Position numbers and translations under genes: made by a program. From positions 12,301,769 through 12,351,863 of the forward strand of contig NC_068990.1 of the NCBI RefSeq assembly GCF_001194135.2: DNA of 50,095 nucleotides. Direction: 5' to 3'. The stretch is from Octopus bimaculoides. Lineage: Eukaryota. Shown here piece after piece: positions 1-10,305 of this stretch (the first letter of the stretch is position 1; each line of letters opens with the position of its first letter). The notes beneath the pieces were generated by a model that did not search any database, had not been told where the DNA came from, and saw only the letters and a list, made by a program, of their open reading frames with translations.

Positions 1-241
1 GCTTGTGCGGGTGGCACATAAAAGACACCATTTCGAGCGTGGCCGTTTTCGTGCGGGTGACACGTAAAAGCACCCACTACACTCTCTGAGTGGTTGGCGT
101 TAGGAAGGGCATCCAGCTGTAGAAACTCTGCCAAATCAGACTGGAGCCTGGTGTTCCCATCCGGTTTCACCAGTCCTCAGTCAAATCGTCCAACCCATGC
201 TAGCATGGAAAGCGGACGTTAAACGATGATGATGATGATGA
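1..241 (+). mobile_element. 5'-truncated RTE-type LINE 3' end / RTE-dependent element (family D1), young copy
   Basis: Two GTGCGGGTG(G/A)CAC(A/G)TAAAA..CACC units, a TTAGGAAGGGCATCCAGCTGTAG core, a CCATGCTAGCATGG palindrome and a GGACGTTAAAC(GAT)n tail. About 97% identical to 31042-31256. The same tail follows an RTE ORF2 remnant at 8272-8700. Confidence 0.85.
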
Positions 242-258
242 TATGTATGTATATACAT

Positions 259-422
259 AGGTGCAGGGATGGCTGTGTGGTAAAGAGCATGCTTACCAAC
301 CACATGTTCCTGGGTCCAGTCCCATTGTGTGGCACCTTGAGCAAGTGGCTTTTACTATAGCCTCATTCCGACCAAAGCCTTGTGTGTGGATTTGATAGAT
401 GGAAACTGAAAGAAGCCCATCT

Positions 423-474
<52 letters not shown>

Positions 475-668
475 TCCCCCCACACCACACCATTACTTGA
501 AAACCGATATTGGTGTGTTTACGTCTCTGTAACTTAGTGGTTCAGCAAAAGAGACAGATAGTATAAGTACTAGGCTTACAAAGCATAAGTCCTGGGATCG
601 ATTTGTTCGACCGAAGGTTGTGCTCCAGCATGGCCACAGTCAAATGACTGAAACAAGTAATAGAATAT
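259..668 (+). mobile_element. tRNA-derived SINE, family A (octopus OK/OR-like), full length
   Basis: A-box-like TGGCTGTGTGG, B-box-like GGTCCAGTCC, internal (TA)n(TG)n tract, 3' CCAGCATGGCCACAGTCAAATGACTGAAACAAG. Collinear with 2593-2995 and 13173-13577. Confidence 0.85.
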
Positions 669-789
669 GTATGCTTATATGCATAATATGTAAATAGATA
701 GATAGATAGATAGATACATACATACACACATACATACACACATAAGTGATAGATAGGTAGCCAGGCAGACAGACAGATAGATAGATAAA

Positions 790-915
790 TAGAGGTTTCT
801 GCACAGTTTCTCTCCATCAAATTGCATATGCATTGATAAACCCAAGGACAGAGGAGGAAAAGAGAAATATGCCAAATGTATTTGCTGTGGGATTGAATCC
901 ACCACCCCCTTGGCA
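790..915 (-). mobile_element. Degraded family A SINE 5' fragment
   Basis: ACAGTTTCTCTCCATCAAAT...GTGGGATTGAATCC resembles the reverse complement of the family A head and body. Confidence 0.4.
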
Positions 916-1109
916 TTTTTTTTTAAGCAAACCATTAAATCATATTATTACTATTTAGTAAGATACATCAACACAAATCTGATGCGTGTTCATGTTTGTT
1001 TTATTTATCATTATATTAAAAAACTGTCAGCATTTACTGAAGAATCGTTTAATGCCTGACAAACGCAACTATGCTGACATATTGAAATCCCTGCCAACCT
1101 TTCACTTGT

Positions 1110-1148
1110 AATATATATGTGTGATTTTATGTGTAATATATCTATCTA

Positions 1149-1182
<34 letters not shown>

Positions 1183-1280
1183 AACACACACACACATACA
1201 CACATATATGTGTATATATATACACATATATATATACATGTGTATATACATATATGTATGTATATATGTATATATGTATG
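1110..1280. repeat. Compound (TA)n/(CA)n/(TG)n microsatellite
   Basis: Seen directly; source of the YIYI/HTHT ORFs. Confidence 0.95.
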
Positions 1281-1442
1281 TAAAGTTACCATGTATTTTA
1301 AGATTGGTAGTTTTACATTTGTCATGAAACTATTTGTAATGACGTGACATTTTATAACTGGACTTACCTACATTCTTGCATGCAAATAATATTATTAATG
1401 TGTGATGCCAAAGGAGAAGACACAGTGAGCTCAGTATCAGTG

Positions 1443-1664
1443 TTATAGCATTTAAACCAATCATGTTCGTCCCAAATATTTTATCTGTTTTATGTTCAAA
1501 CCGACTAGATCAGGTCTGTCATGCCTATCCTACAATGTCATTCTAAAAATAAACAATGACATCATCAAACTCTGAAAGCTAAGAGACAATTCCTGACGAG
1601 TTCAAGAGAATGTGAATAAGTAAGCATTACATTTGACAAAATAATCTGAATGTTAAAAGGTTAA
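1443..1664 (+). mobile_element. TTAA-ended MITE (piggyBac-like, family G)
   Basis: Ends ...TGAATGTTAAAAGGTTAA; left end decayed. Reverse-complement homolog at 30448-30672 begins TTAACCCTTTAG. Confidence 0.6.
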
Positions 1665-1773
1665 CAATCAATTACTGAGAGTTTCCTTAATAATGATCTC
1701 TAAATAGTATGCATGGATTATTTATGCTGCCTTTTCAAAAATGATATTATTTGTATTGCATGTAAACCTAAAG

Positions 1774-2156
1774 GGGAGGTGCAATGGCCCAGTGGTTAGG
1801 GCAGCAGACTCGCGGTCATAGGATCGCGGTTTCGATTCCCAGACCGGGCGTTGTGAATGTTTATTGAGCGAAAACACCTGAAGCTCCACGAGGCTCCGGC
1901 AGGGGGTGGTGGCGACCCCTGCTGTACTCTTTCACCACAACTTTCTCTCACTCTTTCTTCCTGTTTCTGTTGTACCTGTATTTCAAAGGGACCAGCCTTG
2001 TCACACTGTGTCATGCTGAATATCCCTGAGAACTACGTTAAGGGTACACGTGTCTGTGGAGTGCTCAGCCACTTGCACGTTAATTTCACGAGCAGGCTGT
2101 TCCGTTGATCAGATCAACTGGAACCCTTAACGTCGTAAGCGACGGAGTGCCAACAC
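1774..2156 (+). mobile_element. tRNA-derived SINE, family B, full length with target-site duplication
   Basis: A box TGGCCCAGTGG, B box GGTTTCGATTCCC, CpG-rich. Flanking direct repeat AAACCTAAAG at 1764-1773 and 2157-2166. 3' part repeated at 14637-14762. Confidence 0.85.
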
Positions 2157-2289
2157 AAACCTAAAGAGGAAGTAACTCCTAAACTTTTCTTCAGAGCCCC
2201 ATGACTTTATTTCCAAGAATATTAAGTTGTAATGGAGAAATTTTATTTAAAGAAGAAATAATAGTCAAATGGAAAGAACATAATTTTTT

Positions 2290-3078
2290 AGGTGGCTGGA
2301 AGAATTATGTGGTAAAGAAGCTCGTATAGCGATCATATGGTTTCAGGTTCAGTCATATTGTGCACCATCTTGGACGAGGGTCTTCTACTATAGCCCCAGG
2401 CCAACCAATGCCTTGTGAGTAAATTTGATAGATGGAAACTATGTGGAAGCCTATTGCATATTTATATGTATATGTCTATGCATGTGTGTCGGTGTTTCTA
2501 ACCCTGCCACTTCTTAGTATAACTTAGCAGTTTACCAAAAAAAGACCTTTAGAGTAAGTACCAGTGTTTACAAAAATAATTACAGAGGTCATAGGCGTAG
2601 GAGTGGCTATGTAGTAAGTAGCTTGCCTACCAACGACATGGCTCCGGGTTCAGTCCCACTACGTGGCACCTTGGGCTAGTGTCTTCTACTATAGCCTCGG
2701 GCCGACCAAAGCCTTGTGAGTGGATTTGGTAGACGGAAACTGAAAGAAGCCCGTCGTATAATGTGTATATATATATGTATGTGTGTTTGTGCGTCTGTGT
2801 TTGTCCTCCCACCATCGCTTGAAACCGATGTTGGTGTGTTTACGTCACCCATAACTTAGCGGTTCGGCAAAAGATATCGATAGAATAAGTAGTAGGCTTC
2901 CAAAGAATAAGACCTGGGGTCGATTTGCTCGACTAAAGGCAGTGCTCCAGCATGGCCGCAGTCAAATGACTGAAACAAGTAAAAGAGTAAAAGAAGTCAA
3001 GTTGTTTGACTAAACTCTTCAGGGGTGTTCTCCAGCATGGCAACGGTCCAAATGAGTGAAACAAGCAAAAGAAAAGAT
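2290..3078 (+). mobile_element. Old family A SINE split by a younger family A copy (pieces 2290-2591 and 2993-3078)
   Basis: Diverged head and body up to ...TACAGAGGTCA, resuming at GAAGTCAAGTTGTTTGACTAAAC...CCAGCATGG after the insertion. Confidence 0.7.
2593..2995 (+). mobile_element. Family A SINE, young full-length copy
   Basis: AGGCGTAGGAGTGGCTATGTAG head, GGTTCAGTCC B box, CpGs retained, AGTAAAAGAGTAAAAGA tail. Confidence 0.9.
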
Positions 3079-3623
3079 TTTAAAGGGATTATTTAATATC
3101 ATCATTTACCAGAGTAAATGATAATATTAAGAAAGATTTGTTTAACCAGTCACTCATAATAAGTAGTGTATTAGCTGTTATGTTTGAAGAAAAAATATGG
3201 GGGATAAACAGATATTATGCAATACTTAATATTTCTCTTATTTCTAAATAGACTGTCAAGAAACACATCCTGGTGTAGTTAAATTATATATAAATAGCAT
3301 TAATTTTTACTGCATTCATTTTTATAAATTTTTTTTGAAGACCATAATCTAGTAAACATCATTTTGTTTTAAATAAACAATGTTTTATATGAAAGAAAAT
3401 GCCTTTATGCCTTTCTAATTGCTCTTTAAACTTTCATATAGCTTAAATAATGTTTTCTTTGTCTGAATATTTCCTATATTATGATAAGTGTTGACTGTTT
3501 TTAATTCTGTTTGAAATAATTCCCTTTATAAAATATAATTTAGCTAACTTAGTTTTATAAGCAAAATTTATTTCCTGTATATATCTCATGATTCTTTATT
3601 ATGCTTCCTATTTCTCCATGTGT

Positions 3624-3862
3624 AGGCTCGTAGCTTAGTGGTTAAGGTGTTGGACTCACAATTATGAGACTGTGGTTTTGATTCCTGGACTGGTCAATGT
3701 GTTGTATTGCTGAGCAAAACACTTCTTTTCACCTTACTCCAGTCCACTCAGCTGGCAAAAACGAGTAATCCTGTGACTGACCGGCATCCAATCCAGTGAG
3801 GGAATATATATGCCCTGGAAACTAGGAAACTGGTCTTATGAGTCTACATGACTTGGGAAGGA
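3624..3862 (+). mobile_element. tRNA-derived SINE, family E
   Basis: A box TAGCTTAGTGG, B box GTTTTGATTCC, body CTCCAGTCCACTCAGCTGGCAAAA. Collinear homolog at 44665-44890. Confidence 0.8.
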
Positions 3863-4139
3863 TTTTTATCCCATTTCCCCAAATTTTTCAAGAACTTTTT
3901 GAATGCAAGAACAGTGTTCATTGAAATTGTGAAAAAATGAAAAACCTTGCTTAAGGGGTTTTCATGATTCCAAAATAACAAACTTTTCCTAAATGTAAAT
4001 TAGGTATACTTGGATGATTAGTGCCTAACAGAGATGGCATTTCAAAAAGACCAATCAAATACATGTACACACATGCACACATACTTACATATGAGTAAGT
4101 ATTGTATAGTACATGTAACTGCCTCAAAGAAATAGTGTG

Positions 4140-4310
4140 TTGCACTCATGATCACTAGATCATGGGTTCAATTCATCTGACATGTGGCACCTTTACAGGC
4201 AATGTCAATTTGATGGACATTTGATCACTATAAACAAATCGTTTGTGTAGGTCATTCAGTAAAAAACTGAATACTCATATGTTGTCTTCAATGGGAGAGT
4301 TCATCACATT
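4140..4310 (+). mobile_element. Unclassified degraded SINE-like fragment
   Basis: B-box-like GGGTTCAATTC followed by GTGGCACCTT as in other SINE heads. No second copy seen in the window. Confidence 0.35.
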
Positions 4311-4320
4311 TGTATATATG

Positions 4321-4535
4321 CATATCATCATCATCATTTAACGTCCACTTTCAATGCTGGCATGGGTGAGATGGCTTGACTGGAACTGGTAAGCTGGAAA
4401 GCTGCACCAAATTCCAGTCTAAATCTGGCTTGGTTTCTATGGCTGGATGCCCTTCATAACACCAACCACTCCGAGAGTGTAGTAGATTCCTTTTACACAT
4501 CACTGGCTGGATGCTCTGATGTGTCACTGGCCCAG
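4321..4535 (-). mobile_element. Family D1 RTE 3' end
   Basis: (CAT)n TTTAACGTCC...CATGGG...GGCTGGATGCCCTTC is the reverse complement of the D1 tail. Confidence 0.8.
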
Positions 4536-4844
4536 AAGTTATTTACATGTCCCACCAATGTATAACTCACAGCTGTTTACTTTTTGTGCATATTTGTCCT
4601 AATCAGAGGATGAATTATAAAATTGGAAAAGTTGTTAGGATTTGAAATCAAGAATAGCAGGCTGGGAATACAATACTTTCAAAGTATGTAGGCATTTTTT
4701 TCTGCTATATATAACATATTTTTAACATTCTCTACAGGATTTATGTTATATTCAAGACAAACATAGAAAAAATTCAGTTCAAGTTATGTAGACAAAGCAA
4801 ATGTTTTGCCTCATTATAACACACTTGGCTCGATATATTTAGTA

Positions 4845-4911
4845 CAATACACACACACGCACACACATACACAAACACACACGCACACACGCACACACAC
4901 GCACACACGCG

Positions 4912-4951
<40 letters not shown>

Positions 4952-5026
4952 CAGAGATACATATACATATATTGTTAGGTTTTCTTTTGTATGTTGATTC
5001 AACAAACTTCATATTCCACCATCACC

Positions 5027-5058
<32 letters not shown>

Positions 5059-5137
5059 CAACACCACCACCACCACCATCACTACTACTACTACTACTAC
5101 TACCACTACTACTACTGCTACTACTACTACTACTACC
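4845..5137. repeat. (CA/CG)n dinucleotide tract followed by a CAC/CAA/TAC trinucleotide mosaic
   Basis: Seen directly: 4845-4970 dinucleotide, 5015-5137 trinucleotide. Confidence 0.95.
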
Positions 5138-6794
5138 TCGCACACATATGTACACCTGCACATATAGACTCACTCATGCATACCTTCATACATAGCAAAC
5201 ATATACGCTTTTTCTAAACAAGAAATCTGTGTGGTGTCCTAATTCTAAATAGAATATGCAAATATGCACACCTTGCCACAGTAAGTTATCTCTTTGGCAG
5301 TTCCTCACATTAACTCTTTTTCTTTTTCCTCCTCTATTCCTCTCTCTTTCTCTCTGTGTCTCTCACTTTCTCTTCCTCTCTTTCTCTACGTCTGTCTTTC
5401 TCTCTCTTTCTCACTCTCCAAACATTAAAATCATTCATGGTTTTCCCATTACCATCTGTGCCAATTAGACATTATAGAATTTAAACCGCATACTCAGACA
5501 AAATAACAATAATGATGATAATAGGGATAAAGATAATAATGATGATGAAGTTCATGTTGAGGATTACGGTGATGATGATGATGAGGAGGAGGAGAAAAAG
5601 AAAGAGAGATATGATCAGATGAGGAGAAGGTATAAAAAAATAGCCCACACACAAGGTACCACACACATGTAGTATATCCCTACACAAATATATGCTCACT
5701 CCCTGCTGATGAGCAGCCCAGTTTACCAACAGGTGAGACCAGTCCTTGGGAAGGAGTAGAGGAGTGAAACCACATGCAGATCTTGCACCTTGAGGGGTTG
5801 TTAGAAACAGCAGCAACAAGATAACAATAATATTTATGATGAGGATGCCAAGATGGAAAGCAACTGTTCTAGTTGTTCCAATTTCCATACGAAAGGCAAA
5901 CAATAAAGAATACAAAGAACGTACTTCAGAAAATAATTAGAAAAGAACTTTCAGGTAATACAAGTCAAATAAAAAGCACCAAATTTAGGCTTGGTAGGGT
6001 TTTAACCTGGAAGCCCTGGCTGCCTACATCCATTTTAACAAATTACACCTGGGCTTAAAAAATTTGGAAGCATATTTGCCTTTTCACCGTTTTCATGTTT
6101 TTGTAGGTTGTGAGGCCTTGAAGTGAGTGAAACCTATTTGTAAGTCACATTGAATAAGGTAGACACTATGAGCCAACAAAGGAACTTTGACAGAGTTACT
6201 CAAACTGCTAGAAACAGCAGCAAAACCAAAATCACTTTCACAATGTTTTTTATTGTCTTAGAAAGGCCAAAAATCACATGGCTGGATATTCCAAAGCTGA
6301 AAATGTTTAAATATCTTTAGAATTAATGAAAACCCATTGTTAGTATATTTCATTAAAAAATTAATCAGTGAGAGAATTGTTAACACTAATTAGAATGTAA
6401 CAAAATTTAAATCCTATAAAATCTTTACAAAGAAATCACAAATTTAGTTGAGTTCTTTATGGCTCCTATAACAAGAATTAAGGTTCAATACATTTACAGG
6501 TAGCAATCAATTGAATTATCTCTGAGTAAGTTACATGTGTTTGCTCAAAGACAGAGCATTGCTTCCCCGTCTTCGTCTTCTTCGTTTTGGTGGAAAACAC
6601 TTAGGATCATTTCTATTACCATCTTACAATAACTTAATTGTACCAGTGAATACATTGACAATTTCTCTCTCATTTGAACCTAATTTGATATATGATGTAC
6701 AGTTTTGACAGAATTTCAGCTAATCTGAACACATCTATTTTATTAGGAATAGCTACATACAAATATATTCTCCTCTTTCTCTTTTTCTCACCCT

Positions 6795-6903
6795 CTCTCT
6801 CAGTATACATACATACATACACACATACATACATACATATATACATACATATATACATACATACATACATACATACATACATACATACCTATATGTATAT
6901 GTA
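6795..6903. repeat. (TACA)n tetranucleotide microsatellite
   Basis: Seen directly. Confidence 0.95.
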
Positions 6904-7362
6904 TGAAGTGTGTTTAACAAATGTTACTTCCTAATTGAATATATTGATTAATATCTGTCTCAATACATGTGTGTATTTATATGTGTATTTATGTGTATAC
7001 AGCGCACAGTATATGTGTTTGTGTGTGTAATATACTCACATACATTCTCACATGTATGTATATGTCCGTGTGCACAGTTCTGCTTTACATTCATTTTTCT
7101 ATATTCACATTAAATGAGATGTTATGATTAAAGAAATTGCTTGTTTTGTTTTACACTAACCAGTGAACTGTGAAGTAGGAGTGGTTTAGTGATAGAAGTT
7201 TACTGATCAGGCAAACTGGAGAGCAAAGAGAATAATCTACCTTCCTCGGGGACCCCAGCACGATGGCTGTATTACAATATTTTTAATCTCCACCACCTTT
7301 TTAGCATAACATTCTGTTTTGGAGTTTAAGGAGGAAACAAAAAAATGTTCACAAGGAAATCA

Positions 7363-8176
7363 TCATTATCGTGATCATTCATCACCACCACCACCACCAC
7401 CACCACCACCACTAAAGCCACCACCACCATCAACACCACCACCACTACTACCACCACCACCACCACCACCACTNNNNNNNNNNNNNNNNNNNNNNNNNNN
7501 NNNNNNNNNNNNNNNNNNNNNNNNNNNNNNNNNNNNNNNNNNNNNNNNNNNNNNNNNNNNNNNNNNNNNNNNNNNNNNNNNNNNNNNNNNNNNNNNNNNN
7601 NNNNNNNNNNNNNNNNNNNNNNNNNNNNNNNNNNNNNNNNNNNNNNNNNNNNNNNNNNNNNNNNNNNNNNNNNNNNNNNNNNNNNNNNNNNNNNNNNNNN
7701 NNNNNNNNNNNNNNNNNNNNNNNNNNNNNNNNNNNNNNNNNNNNNNNNNNNNNNNNNNNNNNNNNNNNNNNNNNNNNNNNNNNNNNNNNNNNNNNNNNNN
7801 NNNNNNNNNNNNNNNNNNNNNNNNNNNNNNNNNNNNNNNNNNNNNNNNNNNNNNNNNNNNNNNNNNNNNNNNNNNNNNNNNNNNNNNNNNNNNNNNNNNN
7901 NNNNNNNNNNNNNNNNNNNNNNNNNNNNNNNNNNNNNNNNNNNNNNNNNNNNNNNNNNNNNNNNNNNNNNNNNNNNNNNNNNNNNNNNNNNNNNNNNNNN
8001 NNNNNNNNNNNNNNNNNNNNNNNNNNNNNNNNNNNNNNNNNNNNNNNNNNNNNNNNNNNNNNNNNNNNNNNNNNNNNNNNNNNNNNNNNNNNNNNNNNNN
8101 NNNNNNNNNNNNNNNNNNNNNNNNNNNNNNNNNNNNNNNCATCATCACCACCACCACCACCACCACCACCACCTCC

Positions 8177-8241
<65 letters not shown>

Positions 8242-8272
8242 TCTCATCCTCATCACCATCATCATCATCATT
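7363..8272. repeat. CAT/CAC trinucleotide array spanning assembly gap 7474-8139
   Basis: Seen directly; the right end is the (CAT)n tail of the adjacent minus-strand RTE end. Confidence 0.9.
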
Positions 8273-8700
8273 TAATATTTGTTTCCTATACTGGCATAGA
8301 TTGGACAGTTTGACCGGAGCTGGCCAGCTGAAGAGCTTCCTGGGCCCCCATGTCTGTTTTTCACTTAGTTTCTACAGCTGAATGCCCTTCCTGATTCCGA
8401 CCACTTTACAGAGTGCACTTGGTGCTTTTAAACAGCATTGGCATGAATGCTCTTATGTGGCACTGGCACAAGTGCTTTTTACTTGGCATCAGCATCCATA
8501 AGCCACGAAGATTAGGATTACTCAGCTGCTGAAGAGGGATGAAGGGGATATGCCTGCCTGCAACAACAACAAAGATTTGACATGTCTTCACAAGCACAAC
8601 AAACTGCCAAAGTTTCAGTCCTTTGTCATCTGTGAGACTCAACGTCTGAAGATCCTTTTTCACCACTTTGTCCCCTGTTTTTCTGGGTCTAACGTTTAGC
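8272..8700 (-). mobile_element. RTE-clade LINE 3' fragment: decayed ORF2 C-terminus, 3' UTR and D1 tail
   Basis: Minus strand reads RPRKTGDKVVKKDLQTLSLT, matching the recalled RTE C-terminal pattern RPRKTW.EVV..DL..L.LT. It is followed by three ~24-nt ..TAAAA(A)GCAC units, TCAGGAAGGGCATTCAGCTGTAG and (GAT)n. Confidence 0.8.
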
Positions 8701-8754
8701 AATCAAAATACTGCAAATATTGAGGGGAGCTGCACAAGTAATTAGTCTTTGTGC

Positions 8755-8945
8755 AGCAAGTATCATCCTTATCATGTTACTGTCCACTTGACCATGCTTG
8801 CATGGGATACATCAAGGCAAAACTTCTACAGATGGATGCCCTTCGTGTCCCCAACCTTTGGCTGTTTCCAAACAAAGTTATATTCCCCCATGGTTTGACA
8901 TGTTTGCATAAAAGTTTGGAGACAAATGACACTGCTTGTGACAGT
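8755..8945 (-). mobile_element. RTE-type 3' end, subfamily D2
   Basis: CCATGCTTGCATGGG and GGATGCCCTTC core shared with D1, but upstream CCCCATGG...GACACTGCTTG shared with 12035-12200 and 49505-49730. Confidence 0.65.
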
Positions 8946-9843
8946 GATATCAAGAAAACAAGCTTTTACATGGTGAGATGACCAAGAAGAAATAACAGTC
9001 AAATTCTCCTCAAATTACATGCAAGTGTCTAGAAAATAATAAGACACCTTGATATAGGTCATAATATAATTATATCCAATTAAATAATGAATATATAGTG
9101 AAATGTATGCTTTTCTGCATTTCTAATCTAAATATGTTACTTTAAAAGATCATTTTAGCCAATAATGTATATTTATGAAAATCGATTCCATCTTGATTAA
9201 ATGCAATGTAATAATGCATTGACATTTAACAATATTTTATTAATTAGGCCCTCAATTACTGTGGATATATATTTTTTGTTTATACATCAATTCTCTCTTT
9301 ATAGATGTACATACATATATGTATGTATGTATCTCCTCATCGCTGAATGCATGCATGTTCTCTTTCAATTTTAATTATTTGAAGTCTTCCTGTAAAGAAG
9401 GGGTTGATTTCTAACAAAGAAACAAAGTTCAATCATTGGAATGTAGTTTAAAAAGGAAAGAAATAATGTCATATTTTGAACGTGAGAAAAGTCTTGCATA
9501 TTCTACTGCTACAGATAATCTTTTTGCTGTTATGTATTAACAAGTTGAGTTCTTTTTCTGAAAACCTTACATTTTCCAGATTGTCACATAAGCATTTACA
9601 AACAAAACCAAGTGCGCCAATTATTATTGGTATAAATATGAATTTATATTCTGAGTAAAAAAGCTAAATGTTTGAGGCAGTTATCCATAATCATTCTCTT
9701 TGATGTTTGAAGTTTGAATATATACAAACACATTGTTGAATGTAAATTTCCTTGCTACCATTCTGGAGCAAACACAGTAAGGCATCTCATCCAATGCTCT
9801 AGACTTTATTTGACCAACCACTGAATGATGAAAGGCAAAGTGA

Positions 9844-10047
9844 AGCACGCCGGACAAAATGCTTAGCGGCATTTCATCCGTTTTTATGTTCTGAATTCAA
9901 ATTCCGCTGAGGTCGACTTTGCTTTTCTTCCTTTCGAGATCAATGAAATAAGTACCAGTTATACACTGGGGTGGATGTAATCCACTAGCTCCCTCCCCAC
10001 AAAATTTCAGGCCTTGCGCCTATACAAAAATGGATTATTATTATTAA

Positions 10048-10083
<36 letters not shown>

Positions 10084-10305
10084 GCTGGTGAGCTGGCAGA
10101 ATCGTTAACACGCCAGGTGAAATGCTGATCAGTATTTAGTCTGCCATCACATTCTGAGATCAAATTCTGCTGAGGTTGACTTTGCCTTTCACCCTTTCGG
10201 AGTCAATAAAATAAGTACCAGGGGAGTACTCGGGTTAACGTAACCGACTTATTCCTCCCCGCTGAAACTGCTGGCCTTGTGCCAAAACTCGAAACCATTG
10301 TTATT
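9844..10305 (+). mobile_element. Head-to-tail dimer of family C SINEs (9844-10082, 10082-10305)
   Basis: Each copy has a TTCTGA(A/G)(T/A)TCAAATTC B-box-like motif and GAGGT(C/T)GACTTTGC(C/T)TTTC...AAATAAGTACCAG; they are joined by (TTA)n. Confidence 0.85.

Noticed and set aside
1774-1850. tRNA-like sequences here and at 2593, 3624, 20360 and 44665
   Set aside because: They have A/B boxes but no complete cloverleaf or acceptor stem, and continue into SINE bodies; they are SINE heads, not tRNA genes.
5700-5775. CTGATGAG ... GAAAC as a possible hammerhead ribozyme
   Set aside because: No stem II can be formed between the two boxes, and no stem I/III pairing was found.
6107-6122. 16-nt plus-strand microexon (TTTTGTAG|...|GTGAGT)
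   Set aside because: Splice signals look good, but it adjoins a degraded repeat, is not a multiple of three, and such pairs are expected by chance in 50 kb.
6535-6620. Minus-strand peptide PPKRRRRRRGSN (NLS/PKA-like)
   Set aside because: It arises from a short CTT/CGT low-complexity run, with a weak AAG acceptor and an in-frame stop immediately upstream.
8406-8702. 98-aa minus-strand ORF
   Set aside because: It is a remnant of the RTE ORF2 C-terminus running into the 3' UTR; annotated as a mobile element.
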